Assembly: GCA_038087875.1 (NCBI GenBank)
Contig: CM075994.1
Coordinates: 6,078,001 to 6,142,000, forward strand
Source of the DNA: Malacoraja senta
Lineage: Eukaryota
Length of the DNA: 64,000 nt
Direction: 5' to 3'
Below are positions 50,445 to 62,111 of this stretch, one piece after another. The notes beneath the pieces were generated by a model that was not told the origin of the DNA, made no database searches, and saw only the letters and a program-made list of their open reading frames with translations. The translations under genes and the position numbers were made by a program. Position 1 is the first letter of the stretch. Each line of letters opens with the position of its first letter.

Positions 50445-52109
50445 GTGAAATGCCTAGAAGTGGATTAATCACAATGCTTTATTTATAGAGATGCACCAAT
50501 TGGGTGCATATGCATGCACTGTTGCTTAATTCTGTCTAAGTACTCGGCCATATCTGTGGCATGTTCTTTTGAGCCCTGTAGTGCTTCCTTTAATGACTAC
50601 AGTGATAAGTCTTGACTAATTGCTCTTTGCTGCCACAATGAACAACAGTCTGATTTTCATTCATGTTTGAGGGCTTTCAATTTCTGCATGACATGCTTAT
50701 TCAGTAGGATTTCTTGCAGTTTTAACATTAATTTCGATCAGAACTACAGGCTGTAGGAATATTTTGAAGCTTGTGAGCACCTCCCTCTGTGGACTCTGAT
50801 AGTGTTGCTTTGTTTCAACAGCACCTATCAGAAAGCATCATGGTCAGGATTTCCAGTGGGGAGCATCTCTAGATTGATTGGATGTTAAGATATAGCTCCC
50901 AGGGCTAAACTGAATCAAGGGCTATGGGAGAAAGCGGGAACGGGCACTGATTTGGGATTATCAGCCTTGATCGTATTGAATGGTGCAGGCTCAAAGAGCC
51001 AAATGGCCTACTCCTGCACCTATTTTCTATGTTTCTCTGAAGCAGGCAGAAAATAGTTTGGTTAATTTACGAGTGGCACGGATCCTGAAAGTTCACAACA
51101 ATAGTATCACTGCCCAGCCCACTGCATGGTATCTCTATGCACTTTGCATTAGTTGGCTTAGTTTCCCCCACTACCTTGTTGGGTCATGTCTACTCAGTGA
51201 CTACTGCAAGTGTGATATTTTGTGAATGTAGTGCACACGGATATTGAGAGCAAGTTAGGAGATTATTTATTTTCTGAGTCCATTGGGCATAACTAATAAT
51301 TCTATAGCTAAATTTGCACAGTGTAGGATTATTCCTGAATGGGGAGTATTGTACTGCTCCCACATTAACTCCTAATAGCGTCATTTAAGATTGTTAAAGA
51401 TCTTAAGAAGTTATTTATGTGTTGTAATCAGCAGCTGTCGTGGAAGTGATTGTATCAGTCAGATCTTTGTAGCTAGCCATGATACTCTTAATACCCTCCT
51501 AACTGCCTGGTTGTAAGTATGCCTCTTCGCTGGTTAAATTCTACTGGCAGTTCATTGGCAAGTTAAATACATGCGCTTCTCGACCTGCCTGTGGCCAATG
51601 TGGGTCTCTGCATCAGAGTTTTCAAGTGGTCTCTGCGTTTAATAGCAAATTTACGCGTGTGCAGTAGCACTTTTGTGTTTTCGATTTGTGTAACATCTGA
51701 TTTGCGCAAGTGTTGGTGGGTCATAACCATTGCGTAAGTCGGGGGGCGTATGTATTGAATTATTTTCAGTAATCCTTTCCTGTGATTTTTCTTTCTTCCT
51801 CTTCATGTGTGTGCACCCCTGATTTTGTAACATTTAGACAACAGGTTGTAATTATGTTCCAGTCTTGCCCATAGATGTTTAGGAGAGGTTCTTCCTCCTG
51901 AAGACACCTGTGGCAAATGGAGAAGTTTCACCTTGACTAAATAACTAAGTTCCAGAACAATAGAGGTCTCTTGTGTCACCAAAGTGCAAGAGAGAGCCAT
52001 GTCTGCTTTTACCAGTTTACTGAATTTAAAAATTTCCATTGGGTACCAAAGGGCGAGTAGAATGTGTTTTTTTTGTCAGAATATGAAATGGTGCTGGGGG
52101 GTGGCGTCT

Positions 52110-52470
52110 TCTTGAAATATATAAAATTCTTAAGGGATTGGACAGGCTAGATGCAGGAAAACATTTCCCGATGTTGGGGGAGTCACAGTTTAGGAATAAG
52201 GGGTGGGCCATTTAGGACTGAGATGAGGAAAATCTTTTTCACCCAGAGAGTTGTGAATCTGTGGTATTCTCTGCCACAGCAGGCAGAGGAGGCAAATTCA
52301 TTGGCTGTTTTTAAGAGAGAGTTAGATATAGCTCTTGGGGCTAACAAATCTAGGGATTTGGGGAGAAAGCAGGAACGGGGTACTGATTTTGGATGATCAA
52401 CCATGATCATATTGAATGGTGGTGCTGGTTCGAAGGCCGAATGGTTTACTCCTGCACCTATTTTCTGTTT
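52110..52470 (+). mobile_element. CR1 3' fragment
   Basis: PFRTEMRKIFFTQRVVNLWYSLP..FKRELD plus the CR1 3' UTR. Confidence 0.85.
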
Positions 52471-52744
52471 TTTTTAATGTAATGCTTCGCATTTCAAGTC
52501 CTTATCGCAAAGAGCTCTTATGGGTCAGTTATGTTGCTAATTTGCTTGGGAAAAGCTTGCCTGCCCACCAATCATTTCCATGAATGTGTTTGAACTGGCC
52601 CGGACAACCTTCAGAAAGTTATTTAGGTCCACCGGTCTCGAAATTGACAGGCATTCTCTAGTTGATGCTTAATTTATACTAATTTTAGCTGGCAATTATA
52701 GCACCCATTCACAAATAGTGTTGTTGATTATGGAAGGACTCCCA

Positions 52745-53860
52745 TTCAGTTCAATTCAATTCAATTGCAATGAACTTTATTTTTCTGTTAGGAACTTTGG
52801 TTTCTGCAGCCATTCAACAAAAAGAAACAATTTTGCAAGACACACAACCAACTCAATTCACACAGACATCCATCACAGTAAATTCCTCCTCACTGTGATG
52901 GAAGGCAAAGTCTTGTCTCTCCCCTGCTCTCCATCCTCTCCCGATGTTAAAGCCCCGGCGGCGATGGTAAGTCCCGTGGCCGTTAAGCGCGCCGGCGATG
53001 TAAGGCCCTCTCGGGTTGTTCTCAGTCCCCGCACTCAGGGCGGGAGAAGCTGCCGCCGCGGGAGCTCCGAAAAAGCGGTCTCCCACCAGGGACCCGCGAG
53101 GGGCTCCCGATGTCACCGTTAATGTTTTCGTGACTTCAGCAAATCACAAAATACCCGGCAAGCAAATTGAAGAGTAGCCTGGAAGAGGGAAGCGAGTTTC
53201 CAAAGGTTTCAAATGTCTTTTATTGTCACATGTACCAATTAAGGCACAGTGATATGCAAATTGCCATAAAGCCATACTAAAAAAAAAGGCAACAAGACAC
53301 ACAACTACATAAAAGTTAACATAAACATCCACCACAGTGGATTTCCCACATTTCCTCACTGTGATGGAAGGCAATAAAATCCAAGCTCTTCCTCTTTATT
53401 CTCCTGTGGTCAGGCAGGCAAACCATCCGTCGGGGCGATCGAAGCTCCCGCAGCCAGCGGTCGAAGCTTCTGCGGCTTGGAGCTCCCGAAGCCGGGTCTC
53501 TAACCAGCGACCACGAGCTCCACGATGTTAATGTCCGTAGGATACCGCGGGTTGGAGCTCAGAGGTCAATCCCTGTCAAAGGGATCGCCAGCTCCGCGAC
53601 GGTAAGTCCCACAGGCTCCCGTGGTTGGAGCTTAGGAAGTCAGCCTCTGGCAGAGGCCGGCAACTCCACGATGTTAGGTCGCAATGCGGACGGAGATGCG
53701 ATACGAAAAAAAATTGCATCTCCATCGAGGTAAGAGATTTAAAAAAGTTTCTCCCAACCCCCCACCCCCCCACATAAAACAAGCATAAAGAACACCTAAA
53801 GCATACATTTAATACATACTATAAAAACAACAAAGAAAAAAGGACAGACAGACTGTTGGT
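52745..53860 (-). mobile_element. Two copies of the GC-rich non-autonomous retroposon family
   Basis: cctcactgtgatggaaggc core at ~52888 and ~53354. Similar to 27504-28383 and 25141-25860. Confidence 0.65.
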
Positions 53861-55032
53861 AACTGTTGCTTGAAAATGCAGCAGTAGTGTAGTGTCCATG
53901 TAATTTATTTTCGTGACATTCATTGAGAAACAGCTATTGGCTTGGCTGTGAAAAAGTTATCTAAGCCTGTTCTGTGGCCGTCACTACAACCACGATCCTT
54001 AAGCACGCCGACTCCTCTCCCCATCAAAATACATTGTGGGAGCTGTATGTCAGAGTTGATGCCAAGGTAAACTTTTGGTACTGTGTAATCATGCCATCTC
54101 TAAGTTCTGCCTCTTTCCACATACGCAACATCTACTTTGTTCTGCCTGACATAATCTTTCAGTTTTCTGTATCCTAACTTACACCAAATCACATAAATGT
54201 GGTTGCTGTTGGAGGTATTCTTGGCCTCCCAGTAGTGCAGAGACAGGGCTGGTGACTTACAGCACCAGAGACACCAGTTCGATCTTGACAATGGGTGCTG
54301 TCTGCATGGAGTTTGTACGTTCTCCATGTGACCACGTTGGTTTTCTCCGGGTGCTCCGGTTTCCTCCCACATTCCAAAGACATGCAAGTTAATTGGCTTC
54401 TGTAAATGTCCCTAGTGTGTAGGATAGTACTACTGTATGGGTGATCGCTGGTTTGTAGCAAACTTGGGCCTGTTTCAGCACTACATCTCTAAACTAAAGT
54501 AATCCTGGTCATCCTTTGTCCGTTATATTTTATGGGATTTAATCATTACTAAAGTAGAGAAAGTGACGGCAAACTGCTGGTGACTGAATATTGATTACAC
54601 CCGTGTGTGCATTACGCGTGGTGCTATCTGTGTGTGTGCACGTATAGCTATGCCACTTTACTGAGGAATTGTGGATAGATATGAACACTGCTTTCAAACA
54701 TCGTAATTCTGACATGCTGAAAGATAGATTTTTGAGGCAACTGAAAGTGATTAGAGCTAAGGCACTCCCCTGAGAAACTCTTGGAAAAGTGCTCTGAGGC
54801 TAAGATTTCTATCAGCAACCACGTTTATGTGTAATGTATGACTTCAACCACCAGCCAGTAAACATTTTTTTCCTCCGCTTGGTTTCCTTTGCTTAGGGCT
54901 CCTTGCTACAAAATTTGGTCAAACCCACCCTCTAATCATTGAGGCAGGCTCTCCTGCCTCTGGAATTTACCTTTATATTCATATTATACCAATGCTGAGT
55001 GAATTGCTTTGTCCACATCCCAACAGTGCATT

Positions 55033-56645
55033 TGGTGGTGCAGCGGTAGAGTTGCTGCCTTACAGTGCCAGAGACCTGGGTTCGATTCTGACCTCAGGTG
55101 CTGTCAGTACAGAGTTTGTACGTTCTCCCTGTGACCGCGTGGGTTTTCTCCGGGTGCTCTGATTTCCTCCCACACTCCCAAAGACATGCATGTTTGTGGG
55201 ATAAATGACTTCTAGAAATTGTAATTTGTCCCTCTTGTGTAGGATAATAATAATAATAGATTTTATTTATATAGCGCTTTTCAGGACTCAAAGTCGCTTT
55301 ACAATTGAGAGTCAGGAATAAACAAAACAAAATAGAGCAGTAAGACAGAGGGGGGGGGGGGGACATGGGACTAAGGGTATGCAGAGGTGAAGAGATGGGT
55401 CTTGAGGCGGGACTGGAAGATGGTGAGGGACTCAGAATTTCGGACCGGTTGTGGGAGGGAATTCCAGAGCCTGGGAGCTGCCCTGGAGAAGGCTCTGCCT
55501 CCAAAAGTGCAGAGGTTTGATTTCGGAGTGGAGAGGAGACCAGCTGATGTGGATCTGAGGGACCGTGAGGGTTGGTAGGGGGAGAGGAGGTCAATGAGAT
55601 AAGGGGGGGCCAGGTTGTTGAGGGCTTTGTAGGTGAGGACCAGGATTTTGTAGGTGATCCGGTGGGAAATGGGAAGCCAGTGAAGTTCTTTGAGAACTGG
55701 GGTGATGTGGTGCCAGGATTTGGTGTGGGTAATGAGTCGAGCGGCTGCATTTTGGACCAGTTGGAGTCGTTTGATGCTGCTGGAATTGATTCCGAAAAGA
55801 AGAGAGTTACAGTAGTCCAGTCGGGAGGAGATGAAGGCATGGATGAGTCTTTCAGCAGCGGGGGTGTGAGAGACGATCTGATTTTTGCAATGTTGCGGAG
55901 GTGAAAAAATGATGTTTTGACAACATGGCGGATGTGAGGCTCAAGGGAGAGGGTTGAGTCAAGGATCACGCCAAGGTTGCGTGCCTGAGGAGATGGGGAG
56001 ACAGTGGTGCCGTCGATAGTGAGAGTGGGGTTGTTAATTTTAGTGAGTGTTGATTTGGAGCCAATGAGGAGAAATTCTGTTTTGCTACTGTTTAATTTAA
56101 GGAAGTTGAGTTGCATCCAAGATTTGATGGCTGATAGGCAGGAGTTGATATGGGAGAGAGGGGGGTGGTGGGGGGACTTGGTGCTGAGATAGATCTGGGT
56201 GTCATCAGCATAGCAGTGGAAGTCCAGGTTGAAGTGACGGAGTATATGACCAAGGGGGAGGATGTAGATGGTGAAGAGGAGGGGACCAAGAACGGAGCCT
56301 TGGGGTACGCCTTGAGTGACAGTGGCTGTGGCAGAGGTGTGGTTATGGAGAGAGATGAAGTGGGATCGGTTGGAAAGGTAAGAACGGAACCAGCTGAGTG
56401 CAGAACCTTCAATGCCAAGGTCCCTAAGTCTGTTGAGCAGGATGTTGTGGTTGACGGTATCGAAGGCTGCACTCAGGTCGAGGAGGATGAGGATATTGAG
56501 GGAGCCAGAGTCAGCAGAGGTAAGGAGGTCATTGAGGACTTTGAGGAGAGCAGTTTCTCCTCAAAGTCCTCAATGATAGTGCTAGTGTACAGGGTAATCG
56601 CTGGTCTGCGCGTGCTCAGTGGACTGAAGGGCCGTTTCCCACTGC
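55033..56645 (+). mobile_element. V-SINE split by an L2 insertion
   Basis: ggtggtgcagcggtagag, B box gggttcgattc, V-domain gagtttgtacgttctccctgtgaccgcgtgggttttctccggg. Resumes at ~56575. Other V-SINE copies at ~11365, ~39450 (-), ~54230, ~58400, ~60560. Confidence 0.8.
55246..56576 (-). mobile_element. L2 LINE, 5'-truncated
   Basis: Minus strand gives LLDLSAAFDT, GVPQGSVLGPLLF, CYADDTQIY, NFLKLNSSKTEFLLIG, and an (ata)n tail. Confidence 0.9.
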
Positions 56646-59384
56646 AGGTTAGCACTGTTAAAAACATTGTCAGTTTAAACCGTGTTGCTGAGGTAATTCT
56701 CCAGGAATCTTTTGCTTTCAGGAAGCAGACTGTATCTGCAGTTTGGCATGTTTGCGCCATTGATGCCACTTTTGACATTCATTTGCTGCCTTCCACCATC
56801 ACGGAGGATAGGGATCCTTTTGGAGTTCTTGTTTCCATTGAATGTGGCAGCACTCATTTGGTGTAGGGTAACAATTCTACAAATTGTAATTTATCCCTAG
56901 TGTGGAGGATAGTGCTAGTATATGGGATGATCGTTGGTCGGCCTGTTTCCACGCTGCATCTCTAAATTCTACTAATGTGTAGAAAAGATCAGTCTGAAGA
57001 AGGGCCTCGACCTGGAATGTCACCCATTCCTTCTCTCCAGAGATGCTGCCTGTCCAGCTGAGTTACTCCAGCAGTTTGTGTCTATCTTTGCTGAGGTAAT
57101 TCTCCAGGAATACGTGTGTCAAAGGTTATCAGGAGAATGGAGTTAGGAGGGACAGATAGATCAGCCATGATTGAATGGCGGAATAGACTTGATGAGGCAC
57201 GTGGCCTAATTCTGCTCCGATCACATGATCTAATTCTGCCTGTTTTGGATTGTTTTTATTCTTCAGCAAACATGTAGTTCTGTGTATTTTACCTGAATGG
57301 TACCTCTTGGGTATCCCAGGGGCGATATCGTTATGCCCTTCTACACTCCCAGAATAAGGATTAGTCCCCTGGCTTGATGGCCGATAATAGAGTGAGCTAT
57401 ATGCAGGGATATGAGGTGACGGATTGTGCTAAAACACAATTTTGCTATCAGCAATGGTCCATAAAATTTTGTGCATGGCCCATTTAAAATGCCATTTTAT
57501 AAAATTCTATAAAGTGGACCTATTTCATAAAGCATTGGTAGAGCAATGAGACGCAAAATGCTGGAGTAACTCAGCAGGTCGGGTAGCATCTCTGGAGATC
57601 GTGAATAGGTGATATTTGCGGTCGGGACCCGATCTTTAGTCTGAAGATGGGATCCGACCTGAAATGTCACCTGTCCATGTTCTCCATAGATGGTGCCTGA
57701 CCTGCTGAGTTACCCTGGCACTTTGTCTTTTTTTTAAACCACCATCTGCAGCTCTGTGTCTCCATGTTACAAGATGGCCCTTCATCACCATAAAGAATGC
57801 AGTGGTCTTTCCTTCTAATTAGTGCCGTGGAAAATTGGTGTTCAGCAGGCAAATGGGCAAGAATGCAATGTTAGGCTTATCCATCTTGTAATTAACTCCT
57901 CCCTTATCACAGACCCAGTCTGACAACTGTGTTTATCAGACCTTGGACAGCTATGCCAGTGGTGCTAGTAACAAGCTGTTTTTGGTCATGGCACTGAAGT
58001 CTCCCACCCAAAGTATATACTGTGCCCCTTAATGTTTATCTACTTATTGTTACCAGTGCTGTCACCATTTGTTGCTCGTACCTAATTGCTCAAGAATGCT
58101 GCCTCTTTTAACTACTCCAGTACTTTCACCATGTGGTTGTTAGAAATTCTAGAATTTGTATACAGCAATTGTATTTCCAAGTCAGGATCATATGTAATTT
58201 GGTTCCTTATATTCTCCATGCTGGTAGAGGTCACGAGATAGGAATCAACTACCTAGTTGCGTAACTGCAACGCATATTGTAGATCGTGACACATCAAAGC
58301 TTCTATGTGCTTTCAGTGGAGTGAATAAATATTGAGTGTGAGGCGGACTGGTTTTTGATTGAGCAGGCTGCTCTGTCTCCAATGATGTTTTGTTGCAGTT
58401 TGACCGTGTGAGTTTTCTCTGGATGCTCCAGTTTCCTCTCGTATTCCAAAATCTTGCAGGTTTGTAGGTTAATTGGCTTCTGTGAATTGTCCCTAGTGTG
58501 TAGGGTAGAACTAGTATACTGGTGATTGCTAGTCGGTGTGTACTCAGTGGGCCAAAGTGCCTGTTTTCACACCATATTTCATCCAGGTAAATCACATTCT
58601 ATTCTTGTGGATTATGGATTGTGGGAAGGTTGATGGTTTCAAGAGAAGAGTAGCTTGCCTCGGAATGCTTGTGCTTGCACATGCTTTATCTCCCACTTCC
58701 CTATTGGAGCATTTCCCTCCTTTATGTCCAGTTTGACCAGGTCTCTGTCACCCGCTGCTTTGATGTGCATCAGTCTTATTTCTCACCCCCTCAGGAAATA
58801 GGCTCTTTTCCCTGTAAGTTGTGATGAGACGGAAGTAAGCTGTCTGACAAAACCCTAACTGGACATTGGTGAAGCAGATATTCAGTTTGGGGTTTGCTTG
58901 GACCATTTGGCTCACTTAGTAAGGAGGAGTTTTTTAGTCACTTTCCTGATTGATGGTTGGCTGATCAGGAGCTAATTATCTGTTCACATATTTGTTGTGC
59001 TGCTGCAAGTAAGAATTTCATTGTCATGTGCCCCAAAACGGAACAATAAAACACTTGTCACTTATGCGGAAGAAGGGACTGCGGGTGCTGGTTTACATCG
59101 AAGATAGGCACAACATGCTGGAGTAACTTGGTGGGCCAGGCAGCATCTCTGGAGAAAAGGAATAGGTAACATTTTCGGTGAAGACCCTTCATCAGACTGA
59201 AGGGTCTCGACCTGAAATGTTGTCTATTCCTTTTCTCCGGAGATGCTACCTCACACTTCGCTTTTAATTGGACTGGATGTAACCTGGTTTTTGGGGTCAG
59301 GACATTGTCTTACAATGTAGAAAATTGATCAGTAGATGTCAGTGTTGCATCTGTTCTGGGACAATAGGCTGCAATTGTAGTGAA

Positions 59385-59935
59385 GTTTCTTGTCACATGT
59401 ACTGAGCTACAATGAAAAGCTTTTGCTGCATGCTCAGTGGAAAGACAATACATTATTACAATCGAGCTATCCACAGTGTACAGATACAAGATAAAGGGAA
59501 TAATATTTTTGTTTAAGATAAAGTCCAGTAAAGTCACATTATTAATAGTCTGAGGGTCTCCATTGAGCTCAGGACTGCTCTCTGGTTGTTGTTGATAGGA
59601 TGGTTCAGTTGCCTGATAACAGCTGGTAACTCCTGAATCTGGAGGTATACTTTTTCACAGCTCTGTACCTCTTGACTGATGGAAGAGGGGAGAAGAGGGA
59701 GTGACTGGGGTAAGACTCGTCCTTGATTATGCTGGTGGTCTTGCCGAAACAGCAGATGTGTAAATGGAGTTGGAGATTGGTTTGTGTGATGATCTAGGCT
59801 GCGCCCACATTTCTCTGCAATTTATTGTGGTGTTTGGATGGAGCTGTTTCCAAACATCCTGAGGAAATGCTTTCTATGGCACATCTGTACGAGTTGCTGA
59901 AAGTTGTTGGGGACATGATGAACTTCCTAATTCTC
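59385..59935 (-). mobile_element. Rex1/Babar 3' fragment
   Basis: Collinear with 8545-9250 (tccttgattatgctggtgg, ttcagttgcctgataa). Confidence 0.75.
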
Positions 59936-60892
59936 AGGTGTCATGGTGACAAGAGGATCAAAAGCAAAAGTCAAGAACAGATTGTTACAGCGGAGGGGGA
60001 GGAAACATGAAAGGTAAAGTAGTTAGTCCCTGCGCTGAGAGAATGTAACAATGATCCAGTTCATCTTTTCCCTCGATCAATAAAACTGATCATTGTAATT
60101 ATGATGGACAGTTAGTTGTTACACTTTAACATGTTGTCAGCTTGTCAGCAGAGAATGGTTGAAAGTGGTAACAGTTTCAATCCCGACTAGATTTATAAAT
60201 TCCATGCAGTACTCATGAATAGATCTAGAAGGGTCCCGATCCGAAACGTCACCTAATCCATGTTCACCAGAGGTGCTGCCCGATCTACTGAATTACTCCA
60301 GCACTTAGTTGTTTTTTGGAAACTGGCATCTGCAATTCCCTGTGTCTAAGGACACTGATCTGTTTGGGTACAAGACTTGAACCTTTGATTTATAGGGCTT
60401 TATATTACCAGAGCTTAGTTACATTGCAACATAATATGGGAGTGTAAAATGTTTTTAGTATATTTTTGACCAGAACATAAAGAACGGGGTGTACGATGTG
60501 CCAGATATTATGAGAATGACTTTAATGGCCTGGTATTCTCACTTTAACCCTGTCAATTGCTTATCTGTACAGAGTTTGTACATTCTCCCCGTGACCTGTG
60601 TGGGTTTTCTCTTAAGATCTTCGGTTTCTTCCCACACTCCAAAGACGTACAGGTTTGTAGGTTAATTGGCTTGGTATAAATGTAGAATTATTATCCCTCG
60701 TTTGTGGGGTAGTGTTAATGTGCGGGAGATTGCTGGTCTCAGTGTGCCGAAGGACCTGGTTTTGCGCTGTATCTCTAAACTAAACAAAGCTTCCACTCTG
60801 CATCCCCCAGTGTTTGAATTCTTCTTAGATGTGTCTCCTTTTTGGAACAACAAAAACTGGAATTGTATCTGCTGTTGTTTTATTATCTAGGG

Positions 60893-61351
60893 CAGGGGTC
60901 GGCAACCTTGTTCTGCATAGGGGCCGGGACGCATGTCTGTGAGCAGATGGCGGGCCACATCTATCACGTGTACACATGGATCCCGCCCCGGATGGCAGGC
61001 ATCAAATCACGTGTTCTCACAAGGTAGACAAAAATGCTGGAGAAACTCAGCGGGTGATGCAGCCTCATGCAATCCTTGTATGTCTCACCTGCTGAGTTTC
61101 TCCAGCATTTTATCTACCTTAGATTTTTCCAGCATCTGCAGTTCTTTCTTAAATGTATTCACAGAAGGTGCGCGGCCGTGCCAGCGGCTTTGCGCAGGAT
61201 GCGGTACAGCCAGAGCACGGCTGCGCTCGGGGGAAAAGCTGGGGGTGCTCGGCGGGCCGGATGATTACGGGGGGAAAAATCCGCCTGCGGGCCGGATGAT
61301 TTCGGGTTACATGCCGCATTCGGCCTGGGGGCCGTAGGTTGCCGACCCCTG
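60893..61351. mobile_element. hAT/Charlie-type MITE containing a PLE hairpin
   Basis: TIR CAGGGGTCGGCAACCT / AGGTTGCCGACCCCTG. Perfect 8-bp TSD ATCTAGGG, resembling the Charlie NTCTAGAN preference. PLE insert at ~61021-61150. Confidence 0.92.
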
Positions 61352-62111
61352 ATCTAGGGGGATAGGGCATGGAAAATTCAAACAGGCATTTGGCATGTTT
61401 TGTGGATGTCGACAATAGGCTCAGAAGTTCACCTGGATATTGTTAGAACTGTTTCTGTGGCTGATTGCATCTCTCTACAACTGTGTTAAGCTGCCAGCAA
61501 TATTTTGTTGGGTTATCTTCCAATCCACAATAATTATGTCAACAACAATGTAATTTAGGCAGCTTGTACTTGGTAATAAATGTGGTCAGTTAGCAAAAAA
61601 CATTGAGCTGCATTAATCCAACTAACACTATAATTTCAATATTGATAATTGATTTCATATTTTGTATCTGTTGTAATAAGTGATGCGTTACATTTTATTT
61701 GTGCTTTACTTTGTTGCAAAAAGTTAAATCAAGACCATTGCTCATTTACAACTCGACATAATTGCATTTGGATCATATATTCTATCGTCGTTTCCTCATA
61801 CGCAAGTAAGTGTATGTTTTCACACTAATTGTGTTTTTGCATTTGCTAGTTCGGAGCTATGACGGCAGCTAGTAATGTCGTGGAAAAGCTGTGGCGAAAG
61901 AAAACTAAGTCATCACTGCTCAAGAAATAAGCTTTGCACATCCTGGCGTGGTTCAGATAAACGATGAATTTGTCCTGTGCTGTTAGTTAAGCTGTAATTT
62001 GTTTTTATTGTTTGACAAGCAAAGCAAAGATCCTCACTGAAGCTGATGTGTCAGCCAGTGCATCCGGTTAATGTTCTTCATACTGATATTGTATTGCATC
62101 TCCTTTTAAAG

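Noticed and set aside
51650..54620. Repeated TTACGCGTG motif in rbm4 intron 2 (51651, 54612) as an autoregulatory site
   Set aside because: Only two copies, no match to a motif I can justify, and chance cannot be excluded.
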